From NCBI GenBank assembly GCA_002189035.1, contig NEEC01000002.1, positions 1,426,001 through 1,490,000 on the forward strand: a stretch of 64,000 nt of DNA. The letters are read 5' to 3'. The notes below the pieces were generated by a model. The model searched no databases. It was not told the origin of the DNA and saw only the letters and a program-made list of their open reading frames with translations. This stretch comes from Utricularia gibba (Eukaryota > Plantae > Magnoliophyta). Below are positions 50,660 through 62,677 of this stretch, in pieces. A program made the translations under genes and the position numbers. Numbering within the stretch: position 1 is the first letter of the stretch; each line of letters starts with the position of its first letter.

Positions 50660-51055
50660 GCAGCAACACATCGTCCTCCATCCATCCGCATTCGTGGATC
50701 GGAAAAAAGGGGGAGAATTGTGAACATTTCTTGGTCATAGGAGATGAGTGACAGGCAGATGTCCTCGTCATTGTGTAAATAGGAAACTGCTCGCGCTTCC
50801 TGCAATTCCAAGTGCAGGAAGGTGAAAGCAGAAGGTTTACTAGCCGTTAATCTTCTTTGTAACTGTGCATTATTATTTGTATTCGAAACGGCGTCGTTTT
50901 ATCAATAATAATAATTCAGACAAAAAAAACCATTTTCACGCGTTGTCTAGGGGCGTGGGCACCACATGCCGCTGGAGTCCAACAAAGAACACGGACTCAT
51001 GAACAAAACACATCAATCACTTGAGAAAACGCTACTACCTTTTCATGTGTACGAG

Positions 51056-51313
51056 ATGCAGTTCCAGCAGCGCCTGAGTGTCTGCTTGATCGCCTTTCTC
51101 ATCATCCTCCGCCTTTCAGCGGCTGGGGAGGTCGAGATGATGATGATGCCTCCGGCGCCTGAAGAAGCCGCCGCAGCAGCCGTTCCTCCTCCGCCTCCGC
51201 CCGGCGGTGAGTTTTTCAGCATGGGCACTGCTGCTACTGGAGAATGGGAAGGGAGAAGGTTCGATGACTGCAAGAGGAGAACTCCCAGCTCGTCGGATCC
51301 CCTCCACAATTAA
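51056..51313 (+). CDS. CLE: CLE (CLAVATA3/ESR-related) peptide precursor
   Basis: Signal peptide MQFQQRLSVCLIAFLIILRLSAAG, variable Pro/Ala region, C-terminal dodecapeptide RRTPSSSDPLHN immediately before the stop. Confidence 0.85.
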   Translation: MQFQQRLSVCLIAFLIILRLSAAGEVEMMMMPPAPEEAAAAAVPPPPPPGGEFFSMGTAATGEWEGRRFDDCKRRTPSSSDPLHN

Positions 51314-52615
51314 GTGGAATGAGAGTTCGGTGAGCGGAGCTAATCATCCGTTTCGCTGTTTTTCTTTACTTCCCGAACTGCCCCCGTATTCGTAGCAGAT
51401 CCACGGTGATCGTCTTAGGTTGATTACGATTTTACCCTCTCATTCTTGATAATCAAACCGATTTTGCAGATGCGATAATTCTATTTAAGTTCTAATAAAA
51501 TAATAAGTAAATAGGAATTCTTATCCTTTTTTAATATAAATCAATCGTATTTGATACTAAAATTATTTTATTTATTTTTTAAAAAATAAAAGTGGTTTTA
51601 AAGAGATTCTTATAGAATATATGATTAATTTAAATAAAAATAAATCATTTGGAAAACACAAGTTTTTTATATAAATTATTATTTGATAGAATGATTTATC
51701 ACATAGCTAATATAATTTTTATTATTAAATTTTATATTTTTACATATTCATAATACATAACAAGGAGAAAAAATATTTTGAAATACAAAATAATATTATA
51801 TTTATTAACTTTATTGATTGAAGATTAAAATAAAAGAAAATTTTTTGGATATTTAATCCATAATGGATTTTAACAAAAAATAATTTGTATATACTATCAA
51901 ATAATCCCTACTTTGTTATACGCTTGTGGATAAGAAAGGTGACATTGAGGTCTCAACGTTGGAATAGACCTCACGCAGTCTCACAGGACGCTGAGTTGTT
52001 GTCCCATGGGCCCCGCCCGGGTTTGACTAAATTATTTTACAATCTTTTTTAAATTATAAAAGTATAGTAATAATAATGTACTGTAATATTTTATTTTTCA
52101 GGTTGTCAGTAAATCCGTACGCATATTAAAAAATAAGTTATCATTTTACATTTTAGTCTTTTTCATTATTTTTCAATATAAATTATTCAAATTTGGTTCC
52201 CTTTTTTTTCAAAATCGGATAAAAATAGTAATCACTATAAATGACATAATTGATTTTCAAAGAGAATATTTCACTTTGACAATGATTTGATAATGTTCTA
52301 ATAGTAAGAAATCGAATCATGTCCTCGATAATTTGATATCCTAAATTTTTTCTAATAATATTTTTGATCGATTATTATTAAGATTCAGATGAGTTATTAT
52401 AAAAAAAATACCTCATTTTATGGAAGTTTGTGGGTTGTGATTCAATTCAATTTTACCCTTTCAAAATTCAATTTATATTAGTTAAATAATAATGCATGAA
52501 TCAATTTTTTAATTATTAATTTAACCAATTATATAATTTTGCATTTTCCACAAAAAAAATTTGTGGGATTTTTGAATTTATCGTTCAACAACAAAAACTC
52601 CAACACGTGATTGGA

Positions 52616-53779
52616 TCAGAGCAGCGGAGGATTCGATCTCTTGATGAACCTTCCTTTCATTCTGGGCCTCTTTTCGGCGTTCAGTTTCCTCACCTCGTAC
52701 CTTATTTTCTTCGAGAACAGCCTCGTTCGCCGCTTCTCTCTGTACCTCGACACTCTCGCTTCTCTCCCTCCGTCGTCGCCCGCGTTTCCGGTTACTGTTC
52801 CGGTGGCTCCATGGCTGTGCATAGTTCCGCAGCACCCCTGAAGATGGATCCAATCGGGACACTGTTTACTGGCGGTTTCAAGGATGCGAGCACATAAAAA
52901 TAAATGGGGCACTCACCGTGGATTCAGGGAGCCAGCAGTGGGTCGAGTTTGAGTCGGGTCGTTCTCCGGTTGTCCATGGGGATTTCTTGCTGCCCCAAGA
53001 TGATAATACTATATCGTAGTTCAGCTTCAGGAAAACTTTACTCGAATCGTGGTGTTCGTTGGAGTTATCCCCATCGCCGGAGATCGGAGAATCGAATTCG
53101 GAATTGAGCTCGGAATTTGCTTGTGGTTGGTGATCTGAGCAATTTCCGGCGATCGCTTCGTTTTCAACTTTAACAACGCTTTCACACTCCAAAAGTCCTA
53201 ATTCCGACATGTTGAAGGTCTCGTTTTCGTGCCCTTTTCCCAACAGGCTCTCGACATCAGCAGAAAAGTTATCAAGATCGACATCGGAGTGAAAGAAATC
53301 AGTCAGAACTTGCAGTGACGAATCGGCCATTGTTTCTTCATCGTCGAAATTAGGAACCTAATGGCACCCAGTTATGTGAGTATGAGCTCCTGATCCCGAA
53401 TGGCATCTATTTTAAAGAAGGAAAACCTGATACAGAAGTTGCGCTTCGTTCTTCACGGGAGACTCCTTCCCGCCGGAATCCTCCGGCACCCTCGTAGCCT
53501 CTTCGGAGGCGATCTTTTTCTGGCGCGGAGTCCGCACTCTCCGGCATAGTCCCCGATGCCATCGTGGAACACTTACCGCCCCAACGAATGTTTAATCGAA
53601 GCCGTCTTAAGGCGAACACGTTGATGCCGGCGGGCAACCGGATTCGCCGAATGAACCGACGAATCGCAGGACTGGCACAAGAAGGCATCGTCCGCGGCGC
53701 AATACCACCGCGCCCGTACCTTGATGCAGTAATCGCAAGCTCTAGCCGCCTTCCCTCCGACGACAGAAGAAGCGCCCAT
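52616..53779 (-). CDS. CONSTANS-like group III (single B-box plus CCT; COL16-like), apparent -1 frameshift at 53579-53582
   Basis: B-box [38 protein letters not shown]; [13 protein letters not shown]; LKLNYD.V..W; [43 protein letters not shown]. Confidence 0.92.
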
Positions 53780-54484
53780 TGAACTGGATCGGAGCTTCGG
53801 ATCAAGATTTGATCGGAAGAAGCTTTGCGCCGATTAGCACAACAAGTGTCGAGTGTCCCACAGAAGCGCACTTTTGCAGTTGAATTGCGCTTTTCCGATC
53901 GTGGGGCCGCCTTATCTCGAATGCTATTGGCCGGAGAAGGAAACATAATCTGCATCCGCGGCTTCTGATTGGCTGAAGTCACTGCCAATGGATTTCTTCT
54001 CAGATCCCTCATCGGTGACCGATCCCCTTCTCAATATAAATACTCCAAAATAGAGAAAAATAGCTTATTCATATTTTCCAAAATTAAAAATAAATCACTA
54101 AATTCCAAAATTATAACACCCAAATCAAAGCATATTGGGTTTTAGCCCAATGGGCCTATGTGGTTCTGTTAGCCCAGTTATTTGCAGTGGGGTCCATGTG
54201 ATCCAGCTCCAATTTAACTACACCACGCGCCCCAGTGTCACTCGCGCTGCTCCACGCGCCAATACCGAACGGCAGGCATTTATCTGCCGTGTCGTGCGTC
54301 CACGTGCCACGGCAGAGGGTGGGCGCTTTGGGTTAATGAAAAAGAAGAGAAAAAGGGTGAATAGTGAAAATTAGAAAATAAAAACAAATCCCAATTCTCT
54401 GCGTTGCCCTTCTTCTCTCTCGGCAATCCGGAATCGTTTGGTATATTACTTGCCGAGAAATCCAAGTGCCTTCGTGGAAGAAAG

Positions 54485-57105
54485 ATGAAGATTTACGTCA
54501 AGACTCTGAAGGGCACTCACTTTGAAATCGATGTGAAACCCGAAGACACCGTTCGTATCTATCTTTTTAATGTTAATTCGTAGAATTCGTCGCGGAGGGT
54601 TTTTAGTTGCGCTGTTTTTACGGGGGCTATTTCGTGTTTGTCTTGGATTTTAGTGGGTAGATGGGGTTTGTGTTATGATCTATAGCTGTAATTCTATTTT
54701 TCTTACGATTAGTTAGCTCCACAATGACTGTTTTCATTTTATGCACGGTGCCAATTTGCGATGCGATGCAGTGAAGAAGTGCCTTTTGTTTTTCTGTGAA
54801 CGTGGAGCTTGACTTTTTGTCGATGTGCAACCTTGTAATTTCTAAAAATTGTATCTTTTATGACCCTTGTCCTATTTGTGTGTTGTTGCATATCTCGTTC
54901 ATTGAGAGACAGAAAAAAAAGATTGTTCCGGTATCATGATTTAATACCCTTGTTATGTGAGAACCAGATTGGACTGCTTGTGCTATAGCAGATTTGATAA
55001 ATATAAATCGAAAAAGGGGTGTCATCTGATAGATGTGTGTGATATCTATGATGTTTATGCCTATTCGAAAAATATGGGAAGCCCACTTACGTTTTTTTTT
55101 AATTTAACGCATCATTCGTTACATGGATTTTGTATCTCTTTTCAGATTGCTGATGTGAAGAAAATCATAGAAGCTTCTCAGGGAGAGTATCCTGCGGCGC
55201 TGCAGATGCTCATTCATCAGGGGAAGGTTCTCAAAGACCCTACAACCCTAGAAGAGAACAAAGTTGCCGAGAATACTTTCGTAGTCGTAATGCTTTCAAA
55301 GGTTCTGTGAAATGTTTCTCCACGGATTTTTTCCCTGTTGTTATAGCACCCTAAGTTTGTCCTGTTAGTTGTTGCAATCTGCTATCTATTTGTTCAATAA
55401 TCAACACGTTATTCTGTGTCATGTTACAGAACAAGGCCCCTTCGGGAGAAGGCTCAACTACACCTAGTGCGGCTGTTGCAAAGGTAGTTACCAACCAATG
55501 CCACCGATACCTTTCACTTATGTAGATATAACTACTCCTTTCATTTGCATCATGTGAGGCAATTTGAAGCATCTAGTCAACTTGATATTCTAGTGCCCTT
55601 TTTGGCCTATAGGCACCCGAGGCAAGTGCTGCCACTCCCCGACCTCCTGCACCACCGTGAGCTGTTTTTATCTCATTAAACATTTTTTTTAGTTTTGTAA
55701 TCCACTCTGACCATTGGTGTTCAGTCCGCGTATGCTTAATTATCTGTGAAACCTGTTGTTTGGCTTATAGGTCTACACCTGCGCCTGCCACTCCTGCCCC
55801 TGCTCCTGCCACTCCTGCCCCTGCCCCTGCTCCTGCTGCTCCTATTCCTGCCCATCAATGGACGTATACGGTCAAGCTGCATCTAACCTCGTCGCTGGCA
55901 ACAACCTTGAAGGAGCAATCCAACAGATTCTTGATATGGGTGGAGGAACATGGGACAGGGATGCAGTGGTACGTGCTCTTCGTGCTGCTTTCAACAATCC
56001 AGAAAGAGCAGTTGAATATTTGTATTCTGTAAGTCTACCGTCATTCAAAACTTCTTGTGACACTAGTTATAGCTTTCGCTAGTGCTGTAATATTATTTTT
56101 TATGCATATGTCAGGGTATCCCAGAGACCGCAGAAGCTCCTCCCGCACCTGTCAATGTATCTGGTGGACAGGCTGTGCCTCCTCAACAACAAGCTCAACC
56201 AGCACCTGGCTTGTCAACTGGGCCAAATGCAAATCCACTGAATCTATTCCCTCAGGTTCCTATGCGGTTTTCTGCAATGCACCTGTTTTCCTACCTGAAA
56301 TCTGTAAGCCTTACTGTTTGGTTCTGCTTCGATAGGGTGTTCCTAATCTCGGTGGAAATGCTGGTGGTGCAAACTCACTGGATTTCCTTCGGAATACACC
56401 GCAGGTACTGGGAGAGGCTAAGCAAGGACAAATGGATACTTCTTTTTTCTCTTTACACTTATTTAATTCTTCTCCCTTTGATAAAATCTGTTGCAGTTCC
56501 AAGCCTTAAGAGCAATGGTGCAGGCCAACCCACAGATTTTACAGGTTTTTTTGGGGTGCTTGGTCTTTGAAGCTGCTTATTCAAAGTCACTTGTGAAGGC
56601 AGCCGACTTACTTTACTCTTACATGGCAGCCTATGCTTCAAGAGTTGGGAAAACAAAACCCTCAACTAGTAAGACTGATTCAAGAGCATCAGGCAGATTT
56701 CCTTCGCTTGATCAATGAGCCTGTAGAGGGTGGAGATGGGTACACCCGAGATTTTTATTTTATAATCAAGCCAGTTTTTCTCTGCTGCCAATAGGAGATC
56801 TTAATGTACTGGTATTTGTCTTATGCAGGGACCTACTTAGCCAGATCGCAGGAGCAATGCCACAGGCAGTAGAGGTTACTCCCGAAGAGCGTGAAGCAAT
56901 ACAAAGGGTAGGATCAATATTTCCTTTCCCTGTTGAGATGAGTTCATCAAACAGGAAAAATTTTAATCCATTTTTGCAGCTCGAGGCTATGGGTTTTGAT
57001 AGAGCTCTGGTGCTGGAGGTGTATTTCGCATGCAACAAGAACGAAGAGCTTGCTGCGAACTATCTTTTGGATCATGGTCATGAATTCGAAGATGACAGGG
57101 CTTGA
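54485..57105 (+). CDS. RAD23: Ubiquitin receptor RAD23 (UBL-UBA-STI1-UBA), apparent -1 frameshift at 55851-55853
   Basis: [22 protein letters not shown]; [18 protein letters not shown]; UBA1 [36 protein letters not shown]; [11 protein letters not shown]; [17 protein letters not shown]; UBA2 [31 protein letters not shown]. Confidence 0.95.
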
Positions 57106-57659
57106 TTGGAAGTCAGTGTGCTGCTGAATGATCAAGCTTTCTTTCTGCACATGTTTATTTATAGTCAAGTTGGATGGGTATATGTACTTCGTGCGCTATC
57201 TGCCCTGCTCTTTATATCAAATTCCTTCCTGTCAACAAAACCGTAATTGCCTGCTACCGTTGCCTTTAACATATTTTTTACTAGGCTTATTTGTAGTTAG
57301 AACAACTTGAAGTTGTAATGCCACGTGAGGTGGTTGGTCCATCAACGGCGGCGGAAGCCTACTCGTCGGCCGATGGACATGGCCGTCAGATGGTGAAGTT
57401 ACTAATTTTAGAACTTCCGAAGTAGATTTCAGAATGGTGCTCAACTTTTACCTGTCATTTCTGGAAGGGAAGAAACCTACTCGTTTCTTCTAGGTTTGAT
57501 ACATTGATCTCAGGATAATGGGGATGCTGACTTTCAATCATCTATCTCCTTCAGGTTGATGAACAAAGCAGCTTATAAGCTGTCTGGTAATGCAGTATTT
57601 TTTTTCAACAGAATGAAGGAAATGAAAGAGCAACCAGTGGTGTGTGTTTGTCTCTGCTC

Positions 57660-57905
57660 TTGTGGCATATTAGCACCACTTTGTTGCCAGAGGTTTGATG
57701 TCAGCTGCCGATTAAGAACTATGATCATTTCCTTCTGTGATATCCAGGATTGCTCTCTAGCACATCCTTGAGCTCTTCCCATGCATCTCGCCTTGGCCAA
57801 AAGAAGCAGGGGCTCAAGGGTACACTGCCGTGGAGAGGCTCCTGTTGATCCAACCCAATTCCGATGTTTTTATCCATCCAGATGAACCTCATTACCAGCC
57901 TCGGC
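57660..57905 (-). pseudogene. Plastid ribosomal protein PSRP-3 (Ycf65) relic
   Basis: [43 protein letters not shown] / [19 protein letters not shown]. At least 3 small deletions and no recognisable transit-peptide exon. Confidence 0.75.
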
Positions 57906-58262
57906 CTCAAGATCGATCTTGCATCTTTTCCCACCATGTATTCCACCAAAATGATCACAAATTGCGCATTGCATCTTTTCCAACACACGACTTTAAGGTT
58001 GCAGAAAAACGTTTAGGAGCCGGGATGTCGGACATGAGACAGCTCTGGCTTATGCGGAAACTCCTCTCCCAATTCAAGGGGGTCTAATTACAAGCTTTTT
58101 CTGGGCTGGTTGGATTAGCCCTGCCGCAGTTATGATTGGCCCAAGTCATGTTCTGCGGTTGGACATTCTGCCACCTGGCGACAATACGATCATCAAGTTC
58201 ATTTCTACTGAGGCGCAGCATAAATTTAATGGAGTGAAACCGATCACATCCTTGCAGAGGCA

Positions 58263-59946
58263 ATGGCTGCCACCCTTAAATCTCCATTGTTCTTCAACTG
58301 CGAATCATCGAGTACAGTTCCCAGATACCCATTTTTGGCTTACCCGGGCTGTTCAATCCCAAAATCTAGGTTTCCTAAGTTGCAGCGCCCACCATCTTTC
58401 CGGTATAATTCCCCACAGTTTTGATGATCTGGGTATGCAAGTTTTCTCAGAAAGGTGAGTTCTTTTGTTGTGCAGGTTAAGAAAAGGACACTGTGCTGCG
58501 GTTTCTGAGGCAAACGCAGTAGTCACCAATGAGCTTTGCACTGATGATTTCAATCTTACGTATTTGGAGGTGGAATTAACCATTCTTTGTGTCTTCCATC
58601 TTCCATAATGGATAAGAACTGATGTTTTTCGGGCTTGAATCAGGGGAATAGCTGGTTATGGGAAGTAGGTGGAGCCAAAATATTGGTTGATCCAATCTTA
58701 GTAGGGAACCTGGATTTCGGAATTCCTTGGTTGTATGATGCCGCCAAGAAGTACCTCAAAACTTTCAAGGTTTCAGTTGAATGTTTATGCATAATGATGC
58801 TGTTCATTTTTGGATACCTTCGTTTATAGTGGATTCACCATGAAGTTCCATTAGGAGGACATTGTGCATGTTCTTAAATTATATTGCCTTTTGCTTCTTT
58901 GGGCTGCCAGTTCTCAGATTAACTGTCATCTGTGTAGCTTGATGATCTTCCTGAAATTGATTGCTTACTCATAACGCAAAGCCTGGACGATCACTGTCAC
59001 CTGAAAACTCTGAAGCCCCTTTCTGAGAAGAGACCGAACCTCCGAGTTGTTGCAACTCCAAACGCCAAGGGGCTGCTGGATCCTCTCTTCAGCAATGTGA
59101 GTTCCGAGCGTTTTGCTGATATCCTGTTCATCGTCCCAGAATGCTCGATACTCTGCAAGTCTATCTGTTTGACGTGCATTCATAGTTGTTCACAAATTTC
59201 AGGTTGCATATCTCGAACCAGGAGAGAGCACATATTTCCAGCAAAGCAATGGCTGTTCGGTTAAGATCCGAGCCACTCCAGGACCGGTTTTAGGACCTCC
59301 ATGGCAGCGCCCTGAGAACGGGTAAACTCTAAAGCTTGAAAACCACATCCAAGAACCACCATTTCTGCAAGTAGAGTTAACTTACTTCATTCAAAATGTT
59401 CTCCAGCTATCTTGTTACCTCTCCAGGCAACAACCTCACGCTTTACTATGAACCACACTGTGTTTACAACGAGACCCTTCTGGCACAAGAGCGTGCCGAT
59501 ATCGTCATCACACCGGTCATCAAACAACTCCTCCCGAACTTCACACTGGTCTCAGGGCAAGAGGATGCTGTTCGTCTTTCGAAGCTGCTGCAAGCCAAGT
59601 AAATCTCCATCTTCACTTGGCTTCTCAAGTGCAAGATAGCATCTGCAATGCATACTTTGTCACTTCCTTCTCTTTCAGGTACATAGTTCCTATGAAGAAC
59701 GGGGATCTTGATGCTCGGGGAATCCTTAGCAGCCTTGTTCGTTCCCAAGGCACTGTAGCATCCTTCAAGGCATGAGCTTCACTTTTCATGCACCAGGAGT
59801 AATCAACTAGAAAGCATGCTCATTTGCATCTGTGCTGTGTTATGCAGGAACTGTTGTCAAGAGAATTGCCAGGCATCAACGTACTTGATCCTTTGCCCGG
59901 AGTACCACTCACCATTAGTCCTCCCGCCATAGCTTCGCAGACATGA
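58263..59946 (+). CDS. Plastid metallo-beta-lactamase-fold protein (At1g29700-like); start uncertain
   Basis: FNLTYLEGNSWLW..ILVDPILVGNLDFGIPWLYDAAK, LLITQSLDDHCHLKTL, ATPGPVLGPPWQRPENGYLV, LYYEPHCVY, ADIVITPVIKQLLP.FTLVSGQEDAV, IVPMKNGDLD. Confidence 0.88.
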
Positions 59947-60005
59947 GATCATGTACTAGCATCTGGGGGCATAATGGTACATTCCCATTTGTAAAAAATA
60001 ATTTG

Positions 60006-60367
60006 GAAATATTAATGCAATTTGAGGTAAATTACACATTTAAGCTTATTTTTTAATTAAAAAGGGGGCCCAGCGTAATAGGCCCATAACGTCTCTTTGC
60101 CGGAATTCAGACAAGAAGACACGATTTACAGACTGAAGTCACCGTGTGTCTCCACAAAGACATGCGCGCAAGATGTTGGAGAAATTGGGCCAGTTTTGGG
60201 CCCTGAATCTCGGGCCAGGGAGCCTATATTGGCCCATACATAATTAATATGTGCCGAATGGGCTCAGAAGTATGCCGGCCACTTAGATTCCTTTAGTATC
60301 CATCACACCATCGACGTCGACAATTGTGGCTTATCGACGAGTCCCAGGTTAGTGCTGGAACCCTAAA
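60006..60367. promoter_or_regulatory. Site II cluster plus telo-box upstream of the DEAD-box gene
   Basis: Several GGCCCA/TGGGCC/TGGGCT motifs between ~60065 and 60265 and AACCCTAAA at 60359-60367. Confidence 0.5.
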
Positions 60368-60389
60368 TTTCTGTCACCGATTTGGCAGG

Positions 60390-62486
60390 ATGAAGAGGGC
60401 TGCGGTGGATGGGCTGGAGAAGCCGGATGGAGCAAAGAAGCCTGTGTTTTTGACGAAAGAGGAGCGTCAAGCGCTTGCGCTACAACGTCGCGCGGAAGAA
60501 GTTGCAGAGCAAAGGCGCCGCGCGGCTTCTGATAAGAGCCGCGAGCGTGAGCACGATGGTGATCGAGGGCGAGACCGGGAGGGCGAGCGTCGGAATCGAG
60601 ACAAGGAGCGGGATAGGGATCGTGATCGTGATCGTGACCGGGAACGGGAGCGGGAGCGTGATTCGGAGCGTCGGAACCGCGAACGAGAACGTGAGGATGA
60701 TCACAAGGCCAAGGAACGTGCTCGTGTGGAAAAATTGGCAGAAAGGGAGCGCGAGACTGAGCTTGCTGCTATCAAGGAGCAGTACTTGGGTTCTAAGAAA
60801 CCTAAGAAGAGGGTGATTAAGCCCAGTGAAAAATTCAGATTCTCCTTCGATTGGGAAAACACTGAGGACACCTCCCGCGATATGAATTCCCTTTATCAAA
60901 ACCCACATGAGGCTCAGCCCCTTTTCGGACGAGGGTTTCGAGCTGGAATTGATCGAAGGGAGCAGAAAAAGCTCGCTGCCAAGAACGAAAAGGAGCTGCG
61001 GGAGGAGATACGCAAAAAAGAAGGTACGGCTGAGACCCGTGAAGAAGCTGATGCTCAGAAGAAGAAGGAGCAAGCTGCTGATCTATATGATACCTACGAT
61101 ATGAGGGTTGATCGTCATTGGTCGGAGAAGAAGTTGGAGGAAATGACAGAGAGAGATTGGCGAATATTCAGGGAAGATTTTAGCATCTCTTACAAGGGTT
61201 CAAAGCTTCCGTGCCCCATGAGGCAATGGGACGAAAGTGATTTGAGTCAAGAGTTGCTGAAGGCAGTAGAGAGGGCTGGATACAAAAAACCTTCTCCTAT
61301 CCAGATGGCTGCTATTCCTCTTGGGCTAAAGCAGCGTGATGTTATTGGGGTTGCCGAGACTGGGTCTGGTAAAACTGCTGCATTCGTTCTTCCCATGTTG
61401 GATTACATAACGAAGCTTCCTCCAATAAGTGAAGATAGAGAGGCCGAGGGTCCCTATGCAGTTGTAATGGCACCTACCAGAGAACTTGCCCAGCAGATTG
61501 AGGATGAGACAGTTAAATTTGCTCATTACTTGGGCATAAGGGTGGTCTCCATCGTTGGTGGGCAGTCTATTGAAGAACAGGGGTTTAGGATTCGGCAGGG
61601 ATGTGAGGTTGTGATTGCCACACCAGGTCGTTTGCTTGATTGCCTGGAGAGACGGTATGCTGTTCTCAACCAATGTAACTACGTTGTTCTCGATGAAGCC
61701 GATCGTATGATTGACATGGGATTCGAACCACAAGTTGTTGGAGTGCTAGAGGCAATGCCTTCAAGTAACCTGAAACCAGAGAATGAAGATGAAGAATTGG
61801 ATGAGAAAAAGAATTACAGAACAACTTACATGTTCAGTGCTACTATGCCACCAGCTGTGGAGCGCCTGGCAAGGAAGTATTTGAGGAATCCAGTCGTGGT
61901 AACCATTGGCACAGCAGGGAAGGCAACGGATTTGATCACCCAGCATGTAATGATGATGAAGGAGAATGACAAAATGGACAGATTGAGAAGGCTGCTGAAC
62001 GAACTTGAAGATAAAACTGCCATTGTGTTTGTCAACACGAAAAAGGTTGCTGACAATGTTACTAAAAATTTGGACAAGGAGGGCTACAGAGTGACTACAC
62101 TGCATGGTGGAAAGTCTCAAGATCAGAGAGAAATAAACCTGGAAGGCTTCAGAACAAAGAAATATAATGTATTAGTTGCCACAGATGTCGCGGGACGTGG
62201 CATAGACATCCCAGATGTTGCACATGTCATCAACTACGATATGCCTGGTAATATCGAGGCTTACACTCACCGCATTGGAAGAACAGGCCGTGCTGGGAAG
62301 AGTGGATTGGCCACCACATTCTTGACACTCCATGACACGGAAGTTTTCTATGATCTAAAGCAAATGCTGATTCAGAGCAACAGTCCTGTCCCTCCTGAAC
62401 TTTCCAGACATGAAGCTTCCAAGTTCAAGCCTGGCACGATCCCCGACAGGCCGCCACGGCGAAATGACACAGTATATGCTCATTGA
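60390..62486 (+). CDS. RH21: DEAD-box RNA helicase 21 / PRP28 (DDX23), intronless
   Basis: ATG 60390; RD/RE-rich N-terminus, [69 protein letters not shown]. Confidence 0.97.
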   Translation: MKRAAVDGLEKPDGAKKPVFLTKEERQALALQRRAEEVAEQRRRAASDKSREREHDGDRGRDREGERRNRDKERDRDRDRDRDRERERERDSERRNREREREDDHKAKERARVEKLAERERETELAAIKEQYLGSKKPKKRVIKPSEKFRFSFDWENTEDTSRDMNSLYQNPHEAQPLFGRGFRAGIDRREQKKLAAKNEKELREEIRKKEGTAETREEADAQKKKEQAADLYDTYDMRVDRHWSEKKLEEMTERDWRIFREDFSISYKGSKLPCPMRQWDESDLSQELLKAVERAGYKKPSPIQMAAIPLGLKQRDVIGVAETGSGKTAAFVLPMLDYITKLPPISEDREAEGPYAVVMAPTRELAQQIEDETVKFAHYLGIRVVSIVGGQSIEEQGFRIRQGCEVVIATPGRLLDCLERRYAVLNQCNYVVLDEADRMIDMGFEPQVVGVLEAMPSSNLKPENEDEELDEKKNYRTTYMFSATMPPAVERLARKYLRNPVVVTIGTAGKATDLITQHVMMMKENDKMDRLRRLLNELEDKTAIVFVNTKKVADNVTKNLDKEGYRVTTLHGGKSQDQREINLEGFRTKKYNVLVATDVAGRGIDIPDVAHVINYDMPGNIEAYTHRIGRTGRAGKSGLATTFLTLHDTEVFYDLKQMLIQSNSPVPPELSRHEASKFKPGTIPDRPPRRNDTVYAH

Positions 62487-62677
62487 TGATGTCACGGATT
62501 TTTCTCATGGAAGAAACCACCCTGAAATCCTGATATTCAACATTCTTGTCTGTTTGACAACATCTTTGTGCTTTTTGCTGTCTTGTTTATGAAACTGTTT
62601 TAGATCTGAAGGAAGGCACTGAGAATGCAACTTTTGGATTTGAGTAACTGTCAAAAAAGTGCATGAAATGCATGCAA

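Noticed and set aside
60541-60720. GATCGT/GAGCGG repeat array
   Set aside because: It encodes the RD/RE low-complexity N-terminus normal for PRP28/DDX23; not a CRISPR or satellite.
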